Translations under genes and position numbers: made by a program | NCBI GenBank assembly: GCA_001179505.1 | Contig: CDMY01000418.1 | Coordinates: 17,365-81,364, forward strand | Reading direction: 5' to 3' | Length of the DNA stretch: 64,000 nt | Source of the DNA: Vitrella brassicaformis CCMP3155 | Taxonomy: Eukaryota > Protista > Chromerida | Notes under the pieces: generated by a model | What the model was told of the DNA's origin: nothing | Databases searched by the model: none | What the model saw: only the letters and a program-made list of their open reading frames with translations | Part shown: positions 12,104 through 21,445 of the stretch, piece after piece | How positions within the stretch are numbered: position 1 is the first letter of the stretch | How the letters are laid out: each line of letters starts with the position of its first letter

Positions 12104-12654
12104 TTGGATAACTCATACTTCGCGAGGACAGGCGGGTGTAGCGACTCGGGTGATTTACGAAGCAATCATATCAAGCATCGAATTGACACGTGTACCATGC
12201 CCATCGGTCTCATTCACTCCAATTGCAGAAAGACTGTTCTCGACCACTGGCGGGAAACAAAGGCAAAACTGGTTTTCCAGCGCCAGAACCGTTTTTCGCC
12301 CGAAGAACGGGCGGAACGCCCCCGACGGAAAACCAGACGCTTTGCACACACACAGGCCCTCGGTACAGAACACGGACACGCAGGGGCCAGACATAGGGGT
12401 TACAAACTGTGTTTTGGGTGGAAAGCTGAGCGCCTACAATGGAAAACTGCTGTTCTGCAATGGAAAACTGGGGTCCTCAATGAGAAAAGTGAGCACCTGT
12501 ACCGGAAACCTGAGGCAGATCCTGAAAACGGGCCGTTGGAACGGAAAGCTGCGGTGGAAAACTGGTGTTCCAATGCAGTTTTCCCTGCTGTGCGCCTGGT
12601 TTGACCAGGAGATGTGTGCGGCAGGATCCAAGGTGTCATAAATTGTCATTCCCA

Positions 12655-13060
12655 AGCGACCCTTCTGAGAGATGACGGATAGTCGCCTCCCGGGCACCTG
12701 CGTGTCGTGAGACAACACGGCCCATGCCCATGGTCGCCCACTAAGTCGACGCTGTCGCAATCCGACGAAGAGAATTCGTTCTCCCCCAACGCCCACGGAA
12801 CGCGAATCGGCCGAGACATACAAAATCGAATCGACGCGAGGCACAGAAACGACTGGACGGCGTGCGCAACCGCAAATTGGCGAGGGTACGCTGCCCTAAG
12901 TACGACCCGATCGCCAAGTCGGCCTTGACGTACTTCGACGGACGAGTATTTAATCTCTCTCGGCGCCAACAGACGCAGAACAAGCGAGCCGTAAATTGCC
13001 GAGAGCAAGCTGCCCCGTATGTCATAAAGATCACTGTCGTGATTCGACGGATTAGAGTTG
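12655..13060 (-). repeat. Dispersed degenerate repeat family; related copies at ~43400-44200 and 46300-46620 (+)
   Basis: Reverse complement of 12657-12737 matches 46303-46370 (CGACCATGGGCATGGGCYGTGTTGTCTCACGACACGCAGGTGCCCG); 12780-13060 resembles 43440-43660 and 44040-44100. Confidence 0.7.
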
Positions 13061-13334
13061 ATTGAAGCGACACCGTGCGCTCATGCGTGGCGACCGAGAC
13101 TGTACCTCCGTTTCGATGGAAGTACACGACGATGACGCGACGCCATACGCCATCGACACTGCGGCGAAAATACCCGAGGCCGTAAGTCGAGAGAGATCAC
13201 GCACTTTAGCGAAACACTGTCCTGAGATCGCGGTCTGACATCGTGACGGCCTGAAGAGCCGCAGCGACCGAAAGCCGTCGTAGATGAGAGTGTAGCCGCC
13301 GTCATGAGCGACATAGCGTCACTCATGTAAGACG

Positions 13335-14300
13335 ATCGACGGGGACTCCCTCGGCCTAGATAAATTCATGTACCGTAACGCACCAGTTGTGCGGTGCGAA
13401 CTCCTGTTGCGATCCGTCCTACGTGACTGTGGAGAATGGCAAGCTGGTCATCCAACTGAGGTATCTGGAGCAAAAGCGAAGACTACCGAATGGAACGAGG
13501 GTGCATGTGAACAGACGTGCTACGCATGGTTCTCCGGCGGTGGGGTCGTAACGAGACAGCGCTACCAGTAGGGGAATCGTCGAGGCTCCGACGACACCGA
13601 GGGGTACTCTTGTCTGCCTTTGCTTCTCTCGCTTCTCATGCAGGTACGATTACTTTGAGACGCGCGCGAAGATAACAGAGGCACGCGGCTGGCACGAGGG
13701 CTTCTGGACGTCATCCTCTGACGGAGGCAACGACCAGCATCCCCTCTCATCCGAACCAAGGAGCGAGTTCGACATATTCGATCATCGCGGCTATGTGGAA
13801 CCCTCAGACTTCCATTTCATCGTCCAGAGATGGACGGGAGGTGGCCCTTCGCCGAGACGCGAGTGGCTGGTGGCCAAGGGAGTGCGCGGCAAAGAGCTCG
13901 ACATGTCCGAGCAGGGGAATTCCAGCATCCTAGCCCCAGCAGAGCAGGATGAAGACACTGGTGGCTCAGCCTGGCGGATCAATACCACGTTTTCTCCCTG
14001 TGGTTTGACCACGAGCGAGCGGCATGCTACCTGGACGGCAGTCTCCTCCACGAGATCAAGGCCAAGACGAACAGCAGTCCGCCCGACGGGCTCTATGAGA
14101 AGATTCCAAAGAGCCTGTTCCACGTGTGGCTGTCGGCAATAACAAACTTTCGAATGAGAGGCGACAGGGTGAGCCCGGCCGGCTGTTACGGGGGCCCCGC
14201 GGGGGAGAACGAGCTAGAGTGAGTTCTGGGGGCGATGTTATGTTTGATTACGTTCTCATCTATACCACTGCCTCTCATGACGAGGCGACCACAACCCTGT
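13335..14300 (+). pseudogene. GH16 glycoside hydrolase (beta-bulge, laminarinase-like order), frameshifted
   Basis: In order across frames: IDGDSLGLDKF, DPSYVTVENGKLVIQ, FSGGGVVTRQRY|intron|YDYFETRAK...WHEGFW, EFDIFD, DQYHVFSLWFDHERAACYLDG, VMFDYVLIY. At least three frame changes. Confidence 0.75.
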
Positions 14301-14339
14301 AAGACGAACGAAAAAAAACGACTATGGTCATGCCTTTTC

Positions 14340-14700
14340 GTTGGATGATGATGACGATGCCGGCCTGATTGAAGACAGATGCGCACAAGTGCCACCGAGA
14401 TGGACAGGGGGTGGCCCCGAACGAGACGATGGGAAGGACAAGCGAGTGAAACGCGAGGGGCTATTAGACGAGATAGTGACCGGCAGCAGATGGCAGTTTG
14501 GCACAAAACTTGACGTGAGCCGGCCCAAGCAGGGGAACACCAGCGACCCAACCCCGTCAGAGCAGGAATGAAGCACTGCTGGGGGCTTTAGCCTGGCGGA
14601 CCAGCACCACGTTTTCTCCCTATTGTTTGACCATAAGCGAGCGGAATGGTACCTGGACGGCGCATTACTATTTGATTGTTCCTCTCTGCTGTCGGCAATG
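14340..14700 (+). pseudogene. Partial second GH16 copy (tandem duplicate of the central part)
   Basis: RWTGGGP...; DQHHVFSLLFDHKRAEWYLDGALL; nucleotide similarity to ~13820-14050. Confidence 0.65.
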
Positions 14701-15689
14701 CCGCTGGAACGTTGTCTGAGCGAGGCTCACAACGGTCTCACAAGGTTTTGCATCAGAGAGCAGCTCATGCAAGGAGGACGGCGGCCGAGGCGCGTCAGAG
14801 GGTGCGAGAGGCTCAGTCTGCGGCATGGACATTTGAGAGGAAGGCGGCACCCTCAGATGAAGTAAAAGCAACCCGCGCAAAGAAGACAGCAGACAAGCGA
14901 CAGAAGACTCAAGAGGCCCGGTCGGAAAGGGTGTTAAGACCGCCCACGCAAGGAAGAAAAGAGAAGAGCGGCAGAAGACTCAACAAGCGCAATCGGCATC
15001 GGCCAAAGCGGCACATGCTGCCAAAGGGTGGGAGAAGGTAGCGAATGCCTCTCGAAGGAAGCAGGAAGAGATCGGCGTCTGCTGGAGCGGATGGAGGCCG
15101 ACGAGAAAGAGAAGGGGAAATACATGGACAAGTTCCGCTGGGGCGGTGCTATCAAGAAGGAGCCTGCGAGTCCATGAGTGTCGGCCTACAAGAACGCGCG
15201 GAAGTATGTTGGCTGTTTCAGGGATGGTTCTGAAACAGCGACATCCCTGAAACAGCCAACAGCGATACACACAGACACACACACACACACACGCCGACGT
15301 GACTAACGGGCGAAACTCACTGTGACGGACACCAGTGCACTGGCGAGCGAACACCCCGCATCTACATCAACTATAACTTATATATATATATATGTAAGAA
15401 GTTCCAGAATGGAAGGCGCTGCAAGAAGAGAGAGCTCTAAATTTAGACATATCATGGAGAGAGTGGGCACAATGATGTGTGTCATCAGGAGGGGGCCATT
15501 GCCGGTGGTTTCGTACAGAGTTCCACACAACCAGCAGCTCGCAAACAGACGAATCACAATAAGAACGTAGCAGGATCTCTATCAAGAAAGATTTCACGAT
15601 GCAAACATGTGATAGCCTGTACGAATGATGGAATTCTCGACGATCAAAGTGATAGTGCGGACAGTCACTCCCCTGAGCAGTGGAGGACT

Positions 15690-17967
15690 AGGTCTCAGAA
15701 TGGGATGCGGAGCTGATTCGGCCTTCATCGGCGCAAAGCTGGTAGTGCCGAGCCCTCGAGTGTCCGCCAGTGCTCCCTATATATGGCAGGATACCAACAC
15801 CACCAGAATCCCTCCGCTCGCCATCAAGATCCGAGAGGTGGTGGAACGTTCGCAAGCTTTCTTCAGCTGGTCGCATAGCGTAGTCTCCACTGGTAAGCTG
15901 CGATCTGGCCATCTGATATGACAAGCTCAAGGTCTTCTTCTTGCTCCTGCTCTTGCTCCCGTCCTGCGTCGCCCCTACAGATGGATCAGGCATGGGCAGG
16001 TCAAAGTCTCGGTTCTGTTTTTTCTTCTACTGGGTGTGACAACTGCTCGGCGTGAAAGCAACATTGTGATAGTCAGGGTCGGCCTGGCGCGTCTTCCAAG
16101 GTCGCATACTGCAGCCCGTCAGACAAGCACCATAGGTGAATGGCTGATGCAACTCTTTGTTCGAGGGCCATTGGGTCTGTTGCTGATACGAAAGGGCCGC
16201 GCTGGACGTATCCATTGCCCCAGGCCTAGAGAGAATTGATTGGATACTCGCCCCCTTGAGACGAAAGAGAAATCCTGGAAAGGACAAATGCATAGACAAG
16301 AGCAGCGTGAAGGACAAACCCTATCCCAGTGCTCCTTTTCACCTGTCAAGTCGCATCGTAGACCCTCCACCGATCCCCCCGTCTGTTTCTTGTCCCTTGC
16401 AGGGACTTGCTACTGTTATGTAATACGGATTGTGTGCAAGTAAGGCGGGCGGGGGGGGAGGCGACGTCACGCCGTGTGTGACGCGAGGACCATGACGCCT
16501 GTTGGCAATGCGACGAGGAGGCGTTTCGCCTGAGGAGCGATAGGACGGATTCTTGCGATTACTGGAGCGCCACTGGTCATACGACGACGGAGCCACGGCC
16601 TCCATACGCTGTCCATGTGCAAAAACAGTAGATACCGTTTATGGCACGCCATTGTCGTCTCTCGCCTACATTGTTGTTGGCGTTTGCGGGGAAGTGGTCT
16701 TCCCTTCCATTCCTCAGATGCAGGCGTCGAGGGTTGCTACTTCCTCCTCTTGGTCCCGCTGACGGGGGGCTTGGACTTCTGATAGCCAGACGCACCCTTG
16801 CACAAACAATATCGTCACACCTTCGCTCTCCTTGAACTTTTTAATTGCCACGACCTCTTGCGTCTCCTGCATACATGCCGCCATGCCGAGAAGGCCACAC
16901 ACGTATCGAGGAGTAAAGATGAGGTGAATTCATGCTTTCTGGCATTACTCGTGCGTGCAAGGTCCCACTTTGTCTGTCTTCCCCTCCCCCCAGCACAACG
17001 AGTCATCAAACGGCTTTCCAACTGCAGTATATATTTGTGCCAGTGCCACTGCCATATTGTCTCCTACCTGAACATTGATCCATTGAAGCTCGTCTTTTGA
17101 AGCCCCCTCCCCCTTGAACGGGGGGAGGGGGCGACATTGCATTGTCCGGCCGAACATCTGACTTCACACGATGTGCATTGACTGCAATCACCCATCAAAA
17201 ACAGTCGATTCTCGGCTTCTGGACAAGTCCTACCGCTAATGACTGAGTCCTCTTCATCCGCTCTTCCCGGATCCTTGCAAAATACAGTCAAATCGTTGTG
17301 GCTCTTGCATTCTCCCTTTCACGATCTACCCTAAACGTCAGCCCGTGGCCAATCGCGATCACTGGTTTACTGTTTATAATCGACTTTGGTGCGACACTTT
17401 GCCTGGTGTCCCTTCCCGATCGCCTCCCATTACTCGGGGGCCCCTCTACAGCTCTGCACGAGGGGAAGTATTCCGTGTTGTTCGCATGTATGGCCTTGCG
17501 GCGCCTGATGGCAAGGTTTACTTTCGATGGGATCTCAATTATTGTGATCCTCTTCTGTTTGCCTTTTCTTTGCTCACCTCTCGCTCACTGCATGTGCATG
17601 AAGCGGTCGCCACGTTTCTGCTTTCTGCGAAAGCCTCGCGAAAGTGGTGGGTTGCGTTGCATCCGGTGCTTCCTTCTCCGGACTCGTGATTTTCTATGGA
17701 CTCACACAGACCCTTTCTTGCGTACCCGTTCGGGGGGCCGGGGGGCAAGGTCCCCGTGAGGTTAACGAACGAACGAACGAACCTCCCCCCTCGTAACCGT
17801 TCGTCGAGCCGCGTTCGGGCGAGGCCCATCGAAGAATTTATCGAACTTTAGCATGAGGCCCTGACCTTGTTTCGGCATCGCAACACAACCGCATATGCCC
17901 CCCTCACCAACGACGCCCAACACTTTGTGCGAAAAAGGCAATCCTGACACACTTCATACTTATTCAT
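15690..17967 (-). pseudogene. CDKL: CDKL/LF5-like kinase remnant: N-terminal exons plus a probable S/R-rich tail, catalytic core absent
   Basis: MNKYEV[29-nt insert]LGVVGEG(+1)AYAVVLRCRNK|ETQEVVAIKKFKESE matches the CDKL N-terminus; no HRD, DFG or APE exons found before the low-complexity tail. The 3' limit is uncertain. Confidence 0.65.
17080..17830 (+). mobile_element. Non-coding repeat inside the CDKL intron; related copy at ~22860-23270
   Basis: Shared C-run/G-run hairpin start, CATTACTCGGGGGCCCCTC and CCCCCTCGTAAC(C/A)GTTCGTCGA. Confidence 0.55.
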
Positions 17968-18058
17968 CAAGCTGAGGAGATTGCGTGTTGAGGCACCAAA
18001 GGGGTTTACGTTGCGTTACACTGCTGCTGCTCCCCTAACACAACTTTCGTTTGGGAAG

Positions 18059-19473
18059 ATGAAGCGGGCAGCTGAAGGACCGGAGGAGGACGTGAACGGC
18101 CACCCAGCTAAGAGGCAAGTTGCTCAAGAGGGAGATCTGGGGCATGAATCGTGCGTGCGCAGGGTTGCTCGTGATGGCGTAGCTGAGGAGGAAGATGAGG
18201 TGAAAGAGGACTTCGGGGGCTTCCCGTCGGAGGAGACCATGAATGAACTGGAAAACAGTGAGTCACAGAGCCACATGTCCTTCGTCCGCTCGTTTGTTGT
18301 GTGCCCCGTTTGCTTATGTCTCGCACGTGTCCGTCAGTCCAAAAGGAATTGTTCAAACTGGTAGGAACGACCGACACTCAGAGGATCACATGCATCTGAT
18401 GGTTCGTGCCCTTCCTCAGGACGACGAGTGCGCCAAGGAGCAGATGGAAGTGCAGAAGAAATACGGTGGGGTACACAATCTTTCGTACACACGTATCATA
18501 GCGTGTCGCCCGCATACACCTCTCAGACAAACAGAAGAAGCCTGCGTTCGACAAGCGCAACGAAATCATTGCCGCCATCCCGCAGTTCTGGCTGCAAGCC
18601 TTCAAGAACCACAAGGGCATCTACATACATCAAGAAGACGAGGAGCTCCTCGGGGTAGGGTAGGGCATGGCAGCAGACAGGGGAACGAAAATAGCGCAAA
18701 ATTCATACACACAGTCGCATCGTGAGTTCTATCAGCATCTGAAAACTATCGAAGTGGATGACAACCTGGATCACATGGGATCATACAAGCTGACATTCGT
18801 AAGAAGTGCTGAAAGGACACGTTTCTTCTTCAAGGTACGCGGGAGTTACTCGCGAGTAACAATCTGTGCATTGTGCAGCATTTTGAGCCGAATGACTTTC
18901 TGGAGAGTCTGACAATGTCCAAGAAGACCACGATTCTGGACGGCAATGATGAAGTGTGCGAGATCAGCCCCATCGTTTGGCAGGAGAACATGGTGAGCAG
19001 CAGGGAGCAGATTAGCCCTCTGATGGGCGGCATGTGTAGCGTGAACTTCTGTCGAGTCAGGACATTGTATCCCGCATTCGCGAGAGGCGCAAGCAGCAAC
19101 AAGAGAAGGGAGAATCGCCTGTAGACAGCGACTACTCACTCTTCGAATGGTATATGTACACACATGAGGATTGCCAGTACGTGGGGGTTTGTGTGCACTT
19201 TTCTCAGGTTCACGCAGGAGGCTCCTGACGACATACCTGATTTGGGTGAGGTGATCCGCCGCGAGCTGTGGCACGACCCGCTCCAATACTACCTAGAGGT
19301 CAGCGGTTGGGCAGACATGCGACGACCAACATGCCTTTGTGTACACTGTCTGCACGCATGTTGCGCAGGAGTGTGACGAGGGGGGTCTGATCGACGAGGA
19401 AGAGGGCGAGGAAGAAGAAGATGAGGCCGAGGGCGAAGAGTACACGCCGATGGATGGTAGTTTGGTCAGATAA
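18059..19473 (+). CDS. NAP: Nucleosome assembly protein (NAP/SET family), multi-exon
   Basis: Spliced translation includes KPAFDKRNEIIAAIPQFWLQAFKNH, HLKTIEV, ISPIVW, SFFEW|F, DLGEVIRRELWHDPLQYYL and an acidic C-terminus. Confidence 0.88.
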
Positions 19474-19733
19474 GGGAAGGCTTCTGATGTGAATCAGTGT
19501 ATGAACCTTTTTTGCGTGAAAAGACGTGAAAGATAACCCATACGTGGAGAAATAATGAATCATGTTGCCATTCTCAAGATTCACGCCCACACACACACAC
19601 ACGGATAGTGAAGAAAATCGCGGGTCATCCAAGGAAGTGGTTTTTCTCACATCTCGTCCCTTCTCTATCCTTCAGTTGACGTCATCTTTGACGTACCAGT
19701 AATACTGGACAAACGGGACTACAAAAGAACCGA

Positions 19734-20165
19734 TCAGCAAGACAATGAGCACGAAAGACGACTTGAACCTGCGATAAGAGGTACCCGTTGCATTGTGTTG
19801 ATCATCCTTCCAATGTGTGCGTACTGGTTGGCTTTGGTAGCCTCCTTGGACGGCACCTCAAACTTCGCCGATCTGCCCTGCTCAACGCCGATCTCCTCTC
19901 CCAACACATTGGTCTCCACGGCTGTCAACGTGTTCAGCATGAACCCTCGAAAGTCTGCCTGGCTGTTGCCTGCTGTCACCGTAACCTGCGGCGCAGTGGC
20001 AACCGGGCTGACCCAGCCTGATTCCGGCGCAGGAGGGATGGCAGAGAGCGTTGAACGCCATTGTCGAGGCCTCAATGGACCAGAGCCCTTGATGAATGTG
20101 GCTCGAGAGGTGGATCCAACCGAAAGGAGGAGAAGGAAGGCCAACAATAGCGAAAAGACCTTCAT
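19734..20165 (-). CDS. Unknown small protein with signal peptide and transit-peptide-like leader (putative plastid-targeted)
   Basis: MKVFSLLLAFLLLLSVGSTSRATF hydrophobic leader, then an S/T/R/P-rich segment; 143-aa ORF; 3' end could be spliced. Confidence 0.55.
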   Translation of the reverse strand: MKVFSLLLAFLLLLSVGSTSRATFIKGSGPLRPRQWRSTLSAIPPAPESGWVSPVATAPQVTVTAGNSQADFRGFMLNTLTAVETNVLGEEIGVEQGRSAKFEVPSKEATKANQYAHIGRMINTMQRVPLIAGSSRLSCSLSC

Positions 20166-20463
20166 TTTGCCGCGCCGTGTAACCCTTGACCGTGGGTTTA
20201 GGGTTTGGGGTTTGGTCGTCCCCTGGCTGTTGCGAGGTTGCCATGGACAGAGAAGATGTCCGGTACGCCGGAAGGCGCCGGGTAGAGAGAGGTTTGGAAG
20301 GCTTACCTCAGTTTACGACGATTGGACGGCGATGTCTGCTTTGGGTGGGATGGTTTGACGGGCTGCATCCCGGGTGATGAAAAGGAGTATGGATCACGAG
20401 TGCTGTGTGTAATCTGTTCATTGTCAAGCAGCGGCCGCCGGTAGTCTGCCGCCCTGGTGAGAA

Positions 20464-21445
20464 ATGGTAGGAGTCTGTGGGCTGGTTCTGGCTTTCTGCG
20501 TTGCCGTTTCGACAGCAGACGAAGCCGCGTTCGTCAGCAAGGCGCCTCTCGCAGGTGTGATGAAAAGGAGTATGGATCACGAGTGCTGTGTGTAATCTGT
20601 TCATTGTCTGACAGAGCTGCACCACACGCATGGATGCAGCCGTGCCTCGCCTCGAATGCAGGCTGAGATGTCACAGTCTTTGCCCTTCCTGCGTCGCCCC
20701 TCTGGCGACGCATTCAAACAGGGATGGGCAGGCGATGTCGGTTTTGATCCGCTCTACTTCAGGTGAGGCTACATTCACACATTAAGTGTTGTGTGTACTC
20801 CTTGCTGGCCCCTTCAGTGAAGTGTTCGACCTGAGGACGATGAAGGTGCTGCGCGAAAGCGAGATCAAACATGGCCGCGTCGCCATGCTGGCAGTAGTGG
20901 GCTTCATCCTCCAACAATTCATCCACTTCCCTGGTATATATATATGACTCCATATCTCTCCCGTTGCGTGTGTACTCGGTCGTTGCCCTCTTCAGGCTTT
21001 CCTTCTGAACCTGATCAAGTGAAGGCCTTCTACAAAGTACCGCCTGCATCCATTGGGTTTCTCATCGCAGCATCGGGTATTGCTGAATGGTATCTTCATA
21101 AGGTAGCAATGAAAAGTGCAGAACCAAGAAGCATGCTGCTCAGCCTCTGTATGCGTGCAGGGCAACCTCGACACCAACACATGGTTCACAGGAGACGACG
21201 CAGATCGTGAGCCAGGCGCACTGGGTTTCGACCCCCTCAAGATGGCAAAGGGAGGCACGGGATCCGATGACCTCAAGCTGAAGGAAATCAAGAACGGAAG
21301 ACTGGTGAGCCCGGGAAGCTTCCTTACCTACACCCATTAACGTCTGTGGGTGCAGGCCATGTGCGCGATCGGTGGACTCATTCATCGTTCCTTCGTCACT
21401 GGCGAACCCCTCTTCCCAAACGTACGCAAACAGAAAGACAGATGA
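20464..21445 (+). CDS. LHC: Light-harvesting chlorophyll-binding protein (Lhcr-like), multi-exon, bipartite leader
   Basis: [23 protein letters not shown]..., [54 protein letters not shown]|AMCAIGG. Confidence 0.93.
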
